Of a stretch of DNA of 64,000 nucleotides, positions 40,202 through 48,632 are shown one piece after another (the stretch's first letter is position 1; the number at the start of each line of letters is the position of its first letter). The notes under the pieces are model-generated. The model was not told the DNA's origin. It saw only the letters and a program-made list of their open reading frames with translations, and did not search any database. The position numbers and the translations under genes are program-made. Source of the DNA: an uncultured Bacteroidia bacterium. Its GTDB lineage: Bacteria; Bacteroidota; Bacteroidia; NS11-12g; UBA955. The stretch lies in the NCBI GenBank assembly GCA_943788195.1, contig CALSPH010000002.1:294294-358293 (forward strand), read 5' to 3'.

Positions 40202-40894
40202 ATGAAAAACATTTTAATAGTGGGTGGAACATCCGGAATTGGGAATGCCATTGCCAAGCAATTGAATTCAGACCATCAGCTTTTCATTAGTGGCCGAAAA
40301 TCGCATAATTTAGATGGAATGGATGCCAACTTCATTCAATGGAATAGCAACGATGATTTTGAAACCTCAACACTCCCCGAAATAATACATGGCCTGGTAT
40401 ACTGTCCAGGAACAATTAACCTAAAACCATTGAGTCGACTAACCGAGGAAGACTTGCTAGAAGATTACAAAGTAAACGTGGTGGGGGCATTCAAAGTGAT
40501 CAAGGCACTTCTACCAAATCTAAGGAAAGCAAAAGGCAGCTCTATTGTTCTTTTCAGTACAGTTGCATCAAACACAGGGATGCCCTTTCATGCAAGCATT
40601 GCCGCAGCAAAAGGAGGATTACAAAGTATGGGTCTTTCCATCGCGGCAGAATTAGCCAAAGCCCAAATTAGAGTAAATTCTATTGCACCCTCGCTCACTG
40701 ACACTCCTTTAGCTGAAAACTTACTTTCTACTGAAGCTAAACAGGAAGCTTCAGCAGCAAGACATCCCTTGAATAAGGTGGGTTCAGCCAATGAATTAGC
40801 CTCGATGGCCGCCTATTTACTCTCCGATCAGGCTGGTTTTATTACGGGTCAAATTTTTGGAGTGGATGGCGGCATCGGAAGATTAAAAACTTAA
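40202..40894 (+). CDS. SDR family oxidoreductase
   Basis: VGGTSGIG, PGTINLKP, FSTVA, HASIAAAKG, VNSIAPSLT, TGQIFGVDGG. Confidence 0.92.
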   Translation: MKNILIVGGTSGIGNAIAKQLNSDHQLFISGRKSHNLDGMDANFIQWNSNDDFETSTLPEIIHGLVYCPGTINLKPLSRLTEEDLLEDYKVNVVGAFKVIKALLPNLRKAKGSSIVLFSTVASNTGMPFHASIAAAKGGLQSMGLSIAAELAKAQIRVNSIAPSLTDTPLAENLLSTEAKQEASAARHPLNKVGSANELASMAAYLLSDQAGFITGQIFGVDGGIGRLKT

Positions 40895-40986
40895 TCAGTC
40901 ATTGGTCAATTTCTAATCACCGCTTATCTAAGAAACCAATACCTGTGCTCAAATATTGATTACCTTGGGGTCATAACATTTATGCT

Positions 40987-41301
40987 ATGATTATAACCAA
41001 TACAGAAACAATCGCAAACAGAGAAATCTCAGAGACTTTGGGCGTTGCTAGAGGCAGTACCGTTAGAGCCAGAAATATCGGTAGAGACATTTTTGCTGGA
41101 CTTAAGAATATTATTGGTGGCGAAATTGAAGAATACACTAAGCTACAAGCACAATCTCGAGAGCAAGCCATGGAACGTATGATGTTGGATGCGACAAAGA
41201 TGGGTGCGGATGCCGTTGTGAACCTTAGACTTACAACATCAATGGTAATGCAAGGATGTTCAGAGATCTTAGCTTATGGAACGGCCGTTAAATTGAAATA
41301 G
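40987..41301 (+). CDS. YbjQ/UPF0145 family protein
   Basis: LGVARGSTVRA, IIGGEIEEYT, GADAVV, EILAYGTAV. Confidence 0.93.
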   Translation: MIITNTETIANREISETLGVARGSTVRARNIGRDIFAGLKNIIGGEIEEYTKLQAQSREQAMERMMLDATKMGADAVVNLRLTTSMVMQGCSEILAYGTAVKLK

Positions 41302-41302
41302 C

Positions 41303-41437
41303 ATGGAAGGATTAGTCATCGCAATTTTTAGTTTACACGGCCTATTTTGGTTGGCCATGCTGGGTCTTCTGGTTTACTTCATTTTTAGAAGAATTCAAAT
41401 CAAAAAAACCGAAACCTTCGAGGATCGAGATAATTAA
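41303..41437 (+). CDS. 44-aa single-TM protein after ybjQ
   Basis: Below ORF-track cutoff: MEGLVIAIFSLHGLFWLAMLGLLVYFIFRRIQIKKTETFEDRDN; ATG is separated by 1 nt from the ybjQ stop. Confidence 0.7.
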   Translation: MEGLVIAIFSLHGLFWLAMLGLLVYFIFRRIQIKKTETFEDRDN

Positions 41438-41440
41438 GCA

Positions 41441-42094
41441 TTAAACGGATTGAACGCCTCCCGGGTGACAAATCACAAATACTTCACTTTTTAAGCGCTT
41501 CTTTAATCGGTATAATCCAGTTAACATACCGATTGCAGGCAGAATGATTTGTTGTTTGCCAAAATAAAAGCAGGGCAAAGTTATCCCCTGTTTGGCTTTA
41601 CCCCGAATATGGTAACCCGGGTGCAAATGACCTGAGACACAAAAGTATCGCTTCAAATCTTGATCGCTGGGTTCATGTTTTAGCAAAATTTTATTTTCAA
41701 ACTTCAACTCGGTAAACACTTCTTCAAATCCCATTTCTAAATAAATTTCATTTTCAAATACATCGTGATTTCCTTTGATCAGTATCCAACTGGCACTGGA
41801 TTCCTTTATGAGGTCTTTCAAAAAAGAAGCATTTCCGAGCGTACGGCTATGGAATAAATCACCTAAAACATAAATCGTCTTAAAATCATGTTGATTCATT
41901 AAGGATTGAATATTCTCCATATCCGATAAATGTGCCGATTCATTTAGGGCATACCCATTCTTGCGCAAATGCGCAGCACGACCTAAATGGAGGTCTGAAA
42001 GAAGCAATGCACTTTGTTCCATCCAGAACAAGGCCTTTTGGGGCAAAGCTTGCCAGTTTTGCTTGAACAATTGAATCGAAAAGGAATTTTCCAT
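41441..42094 (-). CDS. pdeM: Ligase-associated DNA damage response metallophosphoesterase PdeM-like
   Basis: KALFW, SDLHLG, LGDLFH, GNHD, HEP, SGHLHPG, LPCF, ILPA.G..TG. Confidence 0.85.
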   Translation of the reverse strand: MENSFSIQLFKQNWQALPQKALFWMEQSALLLSDLHLGRAAHLRKNGYALNESAHLSDMENIQSLMNQHDFKTIYVLGDLFHSRTLGNASFLKDLIKESSASWILIKGNHDVFENEIYLEMGFEEVFTELKFENKILLKHEPSDQDLKRYFCVSGHLHPGYHIRGKAKQGITLPCFYFGKQQIILPAIGMLTGLYRLKKRLKSEVFVICHPGGVQSV

Positions 42095-42162
42095 CTTAAG
42101 AAGGCGAAATTAAGGGAACATATCATTTTTATATATAGATTTGTCTCAATTAAATTCGAATA

Positions 42163-44964
42163 ATGACCCGTCTTTTATCTTTGGTTCTTGTGTCCGGCTT
42201 GCTGGTAATAACAACCTTATCCGCTAAAGCTCAAAATAAAATACAAGGAACCATCCTCGATTCTTTTGCCACCACCCCGCTAGCTTTCGCCGCAGTTAAG
42301 GTGCTGGATCAAAATAAATCAACAGTTACAGACTTCAATGGCTTTTTCGAATTGAAGAATATTCAATTGCCAGCAAAACTCAAAATTTCTTTCTTTGGCT
42401 ATTTTACAAAAATTGTCCCAGTAGACTCAACTAATAAAGATTTGAAGATCGAATTGGCCCCTGCTGCAAAATCGGTAAAAAAGGTTGTGGTTAAAGGTGA
42501 TCCTATATCAGAAAAGAAAAGAGAGCAACCCTTAACTGTAGAAAGCATGGGCCTTAGTGCAATTAAAGCAACGCCTGCCGCTAATTTTTATGAAGGTCTT
42601 GGACACCTTAAAGGGGTAGACGTTACTGCAGCGAGTTTGGGCTTCCGTGTAATCAATACGCGCGGTTTTAATAGTACAAATCCTGTTAGATCGCTGCAAC
42701 TCATTGATGGTGTAGATAATCAATCACCTGGACTAAATTTCTCTTTAGGGAATTTTCTAGGTGCCTCTGAGATAGACATTTTCAAGACTGAAATATTTGC
42801 CGGTGCGAGTACCGCATTCTTTGGCCCCAATGCATTTAATGGGGTAATTAACATGACCACTAAAGACCCTTGGCGTTTCCCAGGGTTGACCGTTTCGGCC
42901 AAAGTGGGTGAACGAAACTTATATGAGTTTGCACTGCGACAAGCCCAAGTTTTTAAAAACAAGGCAGGCGATGACAAATTCGCATATAAAGTGAATATTT
43001 TTACGATGCGCGCAGTAGATTGGGCGGCTGATAATCAAAGTGCAAGTACTGCAAGCTTTAATGGAACTGACAATAATGGTAGTTACGATGCAGTAAATCG
43101 ATATGGTGATGAAAACCTCAGCGAGTCGGATAATAATTTTACAGGGACCAATTCCTTTGTACAATATCCAGGTTTAGGAAGGTTTTATAGAACCGGTTAC
43201 TGGGAGAAAGATCTCGTAAATTACAATACCCGAAACACAAAGTTTAATACACTACTTGCGTATAAGGTTGATAAAAAGAATGAGCTTCAGTACCAATTTA
43301 ATTTTGGTGAAGGCTCTACGGTGTACCAAGGTGAAAATCGATTTAGCCTAAAAGACATCAAATTTTACCAGCATAGAGTTGAATACAAAGCACCTAAAGG
43401 ATTTTTACGCATATACTCAACAAATGAAGATGCAGGGAACACCTATGATGCTGTGCTCACCGGTTTACTTTTACAAGAAAGTGCCAAGGGCAATACAGAG
43501 TGGAGTCAAGATTATACGGGGTATTGGATTAAAAATGCAAGACCACAAGTTAAAGGGATTCCTGGTTGGCCAACCAGCTTTTTTAATAACCCGGATGCTT
43601 TTCGCATTGCAGATTCATTGCTCATTGTATACGATACATTAATTGATCGTTTACATCAAGAAGCGCGTCTTGCAGCGGATGGCAAATTATCCGCTAATGG
43701 TTTACCGCATATCAATCCAACAACAGACCGATATACTCCCGGAACCTCTTCATTTGACAGCATGGTTAACTCACTCACCAGCAGAAAATCATTGATTGGC
43801 GGAGGAAGCGGTTTCTATGACAAATCCAGATTGATTCACATTCAGGGACAACGTTTATTGGAATATAAGAATTACACCTTTACGCTTGGTTTCAGCGGAC
43901 GGATGTACACTCCTGATACACGTGGAACTATTTTTAGCGACACTGGAAATGTAACCATAACCAACCGAGAAGCTGGTATATACGGGGGTGTAGAGAAAAA
44001 GTACTTTGATGACAAAATCAAGGTAGCAGCAAATTTCCGAGTGGACAAAAATCAAAATTTTAAGATGTTATTTTCACCCGCTGCATCTCTTATCTATTTG
44101 CGTAACCCAAAAAACACTTGGCGATTCTCTTTTTCTAGCGCCATTCGGAATCCAACCTTGGCTGATCAGTATTTGTACTACAATGTCGGTAGAGCAATAC
44201 TTATTGGTAATATCAATGGGGTAGATAGTTTAATTACTGTAGAATCGTTACGTGATTTCGTAAATACACAACAGCAAGATACCTTAAACTATTTTAACAT
44301 TTCACCCATTCAACCTGAGCAGGTAAAAACACTTGAGGCAGGTTACAAAGGTGTGGTTCTCAAAGATAAATTAATGATCGATGCGAGTTATTATGTAAGT
44401 TTTTACACCAATTTTATCGGTTACAAAATTGGCGTCATTGCAGAAATTGATGATACCCTAAATCGAGTTACCGGAGCCCAGGCCTACCGTGTTGCTAGCA
44501 ATTCAGAAGATTTGGTGTTAACTACTGGAGGATCCATAGGGCTGACTTACAGCTTAACCGACCATTTAAATGTAACTGGCAATTATTCATGGAATGAGCT
44601 CAATCGTTTGGGCTCCACTGACCCTTTAATTCCGGCTTTTAATACCCCTCGGCATAAATTTAATCTAGGCTTCTCGGGTAACCAACTTAGATTTAAGCTT
44701 GCATCCATACGAGTAAATGACTTGTCCTTTAATACAAATTTCAAATGGATCGAAGGGTTCTTATTCGAAGGTTCTCCTCAATTTACAGGTGAAATCCAAT
44801 CCTATTACTTATTGGATGCTCAAGTGAGCAAATTCTATGTAAAGCATGGACTAACGCTGAAAATTGGAGCAAGCAATTTAACCGATAACCGTGCTTATCA
44901 AGTATATGGTGGGCCTCAAGTAGGGCGGTTGGCTTATGCCTCTATACTTCTTGACATCAAATAA
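42163..44964 (+). CDS. TonB-dependent outer-membrane receptor with N-terminal carboxypeptidase-regulatory-like domain
   Basis: TDFNGFFEL, plug INTRGFNS..QLIDGVDNQSPGLNF..GPNAFNG, PEQVKTLEAGYK, KIGASNL, GGPQVGR. Confidence 0.93.
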   Translation: MTRLLSLVLVSGLLVITTLSAKAQNKIQGTILDSFATTPLAFAAVKVLDQNKSTVTDFNGFFELKNIQLPAKLKISFFGYFTKIVPVDSTNKDLKIELAPAAKSVKKVVVKGDPISEKKREQPLTVESMGLSAIKATPAANFYEGLGHLKGVDVTAASLGFRVINTRGFNSTNPVRSLQLIDGVDNQSPGLNFSLGNFLGASEIDIFKTEIFAGASTAFFGPNAFNGVINMTTKDPWRFPGLTVSAKVGERNLYEFALRQAQVFKNKAGDDKFAYKVNIFTMRAVDWAADNQSASTASFNGTDNNGSYDAVNRYGDENLSESDNNFTGTNSFVQYPGLGRFYRTGYWEKDLVNYNTRNTKFNTLLAYKVDKKNELQYQFNFGEGSTVYQGENRFSLKDIKFYQHRVEYKAPKGFLRIYSTNEDAGNTYDAVLTGLLLQESAKGNTEWSQDYTGYWIKNARPQVKGIPGWPTSFFNNPDAFRIADSLLIVYDTLIDRLHQEARLAADGKLSANGLPHINPTTDRYTPGTSSFDSMVNSLTSRKSLIGGGSGFYDKSRLIHIQGQRLLEYKNYTFTLGFSGRMYTPDTRGTIFSDTGNVTITNREAGIYGGVEKKYFDDKIKVAANFRVDKNQNFKMLFSPAASLIYLRNPKNTWRFSFSSAIRNPTLADQYLYYNVGRAILIGNINGVDSLITVESLRDFVNTQQQDTLNYFNISPIQPEQVKTLEAGYKGVVLKDKLMIDASYYVSFYTNFIGYKIGVIAEIDDTLNRVTGAQAYRVASNSEDLVLTTGGSIGLTYSLTDHLNVTGNYSWNELNRLGSTDPLIPAFNTPRHKFNLGFSGNQLRFKLASIRVNDLSFNTNFKWIEGFLFEGSPQFTGEIQSYYLLDAQVSKFYVKHGLTLKIGASNLTDNRAYQVYGGPQVGRLAYASILLDIK

Positions 44965-45015
44965 TGCTATTTAATCCCAGATTTTGACTAACTTGCGAAT
45001 TAAATCAAATAAACA

Positions 45016-46491
45016 ATGAAAAAAATATACTTAACCCTTACTGCCATTATCATGGCAAGTTGTCTAACTGCCCAAGTGCGCTACGTGGAGAAAGTCTTTA
45101 CAGATGTGGATGTAACATCTGATGTGACTTATGGCACAAACATTACGGTAATCACAGGTTCGCCTGCTGCACAGGCTCTAAAAATGGATATTTATGAGCC
45201 AAAAGGAGATACTGCTACTATGCGTCCCTTAATCATTTTTTGTCCAACTGGAAGTTATCTACCCCGCTTTGTTAACCAACAACCCGTTGGTGATAAAACA
45301 GACAGTGCAACGGTAGAATTTGCTAAAGAGTTCGCAAAACGAGGCTATGTGGTAGCAAACATTGCCTACAGGCAAGGTTGGTTAATCCTTTCTCCAGATC
45401 AAGATGTACGAACAGGAACCATTCTAAATGCAGTTTATCGTTCTATTCACGATGCAAAAACTGCAGCACGTTTTATGTCTAAAACAGCAGCCTTAGAGGG
45501 TAATCCATATAAAATTGATTCTACGAAAGTGGCTATTGGAGGAAATGGTACTGGTGGTTATGTTGCCATAAATACCGTATCTCTTGATAAGGTTTCTGAG
45601 TTGTACATTGATAAGTTCATTAATTCATAAAACAGCCAGATGAGCCTTACGTGGATACCGCATTATCAGGAAATATTGATGGCACTAACGTGAGACCATG
45701 TAAACTTGGCAAATTGGGCAAACCATTCTGCTAATTTCAATTTTGCATTTACCATTGGTGGTGCATTAGGAGACAGCAGTTGGATTGAGCCAGGAGAAGT
45801 TCCTGTTGTATGCGTGCATGGCGCACAAGATCCATTTGCTCCTTACAATACAGGTATTGTTTTTGTTCCAGGAACAACAACATCAGTAGTTGAAGTAAGT
45901 GGTGGATTTGGCATAATGACAAAGGTAGATGCATTAGGAAATAATGCGGCTTATAAAGGAAAAGTTGGAGGAAACCTTTCAGCTATCTTAAATGGACGAG
46001 ACGGAATAGATGGTTTGTATACCATTCAAGGGGCAATCAATGGCTCTGGACCATGGGAATGGTATGATACTACCTGGATTAAAGCAAATGTAACCGACGG
46101 AGCGGCCATCGTAACAAATGCGCTTAAATCAAATCCGAATATGAGTAAGCAAAAAGCAATTCCGTTTATTGATACCATTTGCAAATACGTTGCTCCACGA
46201 ATGGCTGTAACAATGGGATTTGTTACGGACTATGCATTAGGTGTAAATGAAATTGAAATTTCAGATGCAAGTGCATATCCAAATCCACTTTCGGCTAACT
46301 TAACTATTGCAGCTAAGTCTGAAATTGAGAAAATTACCATTTTAGATCTTTCTGGAAAAGTGATTAAGGAACTGAAAGGCAACGAATCACTAAATCAAAA
46401 AGTGGATTTTGCTGGATTTTCTGGAGGCAATTATATCCTTCGTATCGAAACTACGAAAGGCATAAGCACGCTTAAAATCACCAAACAGTAA
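45016..46491 (+). pseudogene. T9SS-secreted esterase-fold protein, split by two compensating indels
   Basis: RYVEKVF..LKMDIYEP.GDT..RPLII, RGYVVANIAYR, HGAQDP; CTD YPNP..LDLSGK..GNYILRI. Both ORFs share one frame; the coding segment between ~45624 and ~45703 reads in a shifted frame. Confidence 0.75.
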
Positions 46492-46507
46492 CTGCCATAA
46501 ACACAGT

Positions 46508-46544
46508 AAAAAACCCATTCACCAATTTGGTGGATGGGTTTTTT
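46508..46544 (+). terminator. Rho-independent terminator
   Basis: AAAAAACCCATTCACCA-ATT-TGGTGGATGGGTTTTTT. Confidence 0.85.
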
Positions 46545-46558
46545 ATTTTATTTTGAAT

Positions 46559-46590
46559 CTTTAGGTCAGGTTGAAAAACTTGTCCTAAAG
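46559..46590. repeat. REP-like palindrome, left copy
   Basis: CTTTAGGTCAGGTT-GAAA-AACTTGTCCTAAAG; shares the GTCAGGTT core with copies at 48535-48617. Confidence 0.55.
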
Positions 46591-47100
46591 TCTCATTTCA
46601 CTCAAAAACTAAACACTATTTAAAGGTGATCTTCAAAATACTGGTTGATCTTGCCTACATTTACATGTAAGATATTGACTATCATGCAAATTCATCCCAC
46701 AATTATATTATTTGTATATTTCTGCCTCGTTTTTGCGTGCAATTCAACAAGTCAAGTAAAGAAACCCATCCCATGCATTGACAACTTTATTACAATAAAC
46801 GATAGTAATTATTTGGACTTTCTGAATTCATCCAATCCAATAATAAGCAAGAGACAACTTAAACCTTATTTAACAGAGCAAAACAGAAGTTTATATCTAA
46901 AAGAGTACCATAATAAAAAATCGAAATTTTATAAAAAGGAGGGTGTATTGATATCTGAAAATTTCACTGCTGATATTTTAGCAAACAAAGGCTCACAAAA
47001 CACATGGTTTAATCTTGTGGTTTTTTACAAATCAGGAAAAACAACCGAATATCACTTTGCAAAATGCGGAAGAGAAAGTTCAGTATTATATACTGCTTAC

Positions 47101-48434
47101 CAATAGTGTCCTAAACGATTTTAAATAACTCAAATAGTCTTATTTCTATTGGGTTTCGCTTACTGTTTCGTCATTTTTAAAATAGTACCCCCTGTATTTC
47201 CTTTTGAGGTGGTGGATGTTTGTTCTCAAAAGGTTGATCAAGCCATTTGATTAAATCTACTTTTACAAATAGATTAAGCCTTATAAATGCGACCAGATTT
47301 GATAAATACCATTTGTGTTTTGCTATTGCTTTTAATGCCTTTAGGACAAGTATGGTTATAAGTGCAGTCCATATTTGGATCATTACGGCATTTTCACTAG
47401 TGCCAATAAAGGACTTAATGTGTAAGAGTTGCTTTATCTCTCTAAAAAATATTTCTACTTGCCATCTAGCCTTATAAAGCTCACTTATCGTGTTTGCTGT
47501 CCAAGACATTTGATTTGTAATTACCTCTATTACCTGCTGGTTTTCATCATCCCATATGGCTACTCTTCTTAGCTTCTTTGAGTATTTCTTTTTAGATTGT
47601 AAACCAGTGAGCTTAATGATTTCATCTTTTAGGATATGCTCCTGTTTTCCTACTGGCAGATCGTTTTCTTTAATTGTAATAAATTGGATGTTTTCTTTAT
47701 GCCTAATTACAAAAAATACTCCTTTGCTGTCCCAGACATCCAACAAAGAAAGATCATTGTTGAAACGGTCAGCTACAATCACACTCCCTTTCAATAATGG
47801 GATATCATATGCCCCTTTATTATCTGCAGTTTTGCCATCAGTAATATTCACATATGCCGGTAAATTACCATCATAATCTAATAGTGTATGCATTTTTATT
47901 GCTCCTTTCGAGGTTTTGTATTTTGCCCAATCAAACAAGCTAAGACAAAGACTAATTGTAGTAGCATCTAATAATAAGATCTTTGATTTTATTCTAAACT
48001 TTACACGCTTTAAAGATGCTTGCTGTCCTAAACTATCTAACAAACAATAGTAGTAATCTCTAAAGAGTTCCCAGCTACGATGTTTGTTTTGATAACTTAG
48101 AGTAGATTTAGATGGAGCTTTAATCATACCCAAATGGGATAAGTTGCCTGTGGCTGAACGAAGACCATTGCTTATATCCCGAACAGACTGGCTTTTTGCA
48201 AACTGGCAAAATAACATAGAGACTAAATGAGACCAACTAGTAAAACCCTTTTGATGCTTATCACTTTCGTGAGTATTTACTAGTGTTTTAAACTTTGAGC
48301 GATCTAATCTGGATATTATTTGAGAGAATAAGGTTAAATTTGTCATCGAGAAAGGTTTTTTTTGTTATGCAACTCAAAGATAATTTGAGATACAGAATTC
48401 CTTTCTCTTTTTTTTAACGTTTAGGACGCTATTG
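47101..48434 (-). mobile_element. IS4-family insertion sequence, 1334 bp
   Basis: IRs CAATAGTGTCCTAAACG (47101-47117) and CGTTTAGGACGCTATTG (48418-48434), 16/17 match; 9-bp TSD ACTGCTTAC at 47092-47100 and 48435-48443. Confidence 0.96.
47177..48346 (-). CDS. IS4-family DDE transposase (DUF4372 N-terminus)
   Basis: LFSQI..WSHLVSMLFCQF, LDATTI, KMHTLLD, ADR, YKARWQVEIFFREIKQ (YREK signature). Confidence 0.95.
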   Translation of the reverse strand: MTNLTLFSQIISRLDRSKFKTLVNTHESDKHQKGFTSWSHLVSMLFCQFAKSQSVRDISNGLRSATGNLSHLGMIKAPSKSTLSYQNKHRSWELFRDYYYCLLDSLGQQASLKRVKFRIKSKILLLDATTISLCLSLFDWAKYKTSKGAIKMHTLLDYDGNLPAYVNITDGKTADNKGAYDIPLLKGSVIVADRFNNDLSLLDVWDSKGVFFVIRHKENIQFITIKENDLPVGKQEHILKDEIIKLTGLQSKKKYSKKLRRVAIWDDENQQVIEVITNQMSWTANTISELYKARWQVEIFFREIKQLLHIKSFIGTSENAVMIQIWTALITILVLKALKAIAKHKWYLSNLVAFIRLNLFVKVDLIKWLDQPFENKHPPPQKEIQGVLF

Positions 48435-48534
48435 ACTGCTTACATTGATTGTGATACGCTAATGCATCAAATAATAATTGATGAGAAAGGACCAAAATAC
48501 TGTTCAGTAAAAATTAAGTAGGCGGAAATTCAAC

Positions 48535-48617
48535 TGAAGTCAGGTACTTGCCGTCATGTTTTCCAACCTGACAAACCTAATGCCTTTTTGCAAGTCAGGT
48601 TGCAAAACCTGACTTCA
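48535..48617. repeat. REP/REPIN-like palindrome cluster, right copies
   Basis: Perfect AAGTCAGGTT-GCAA-AACCTGACTT (48592-48615), plus TGAAGTCAGGT (48535) and AACCTGAC (48565). Confidence 0.6.
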
Positions 48618-48632
48618 ACTAAAAACTAATTA

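Larger units (their letters stand above)
46684..48521 (+). pseudogene. Hypothetical lipoprotein interrupted by IS4 element
   Basis: MQIHPTIILFVYFCLVFAC (lipobox) ..VLYTAY | IS | IDCDTLMHQIIIDEKGPKYCSVKIK*; the frame continues after the TSD; ~164 aa reconstructed. Confidence 0.8.

Noticed and set aside
48528-48605. Integron attC site after the lipoprotein gene
   Set aside because: ATTCAAC fits RYYYAAC, but there are no complementary L boxes, no proper GTTRRRY and no integrase; a REP-like palindrome explains it better.
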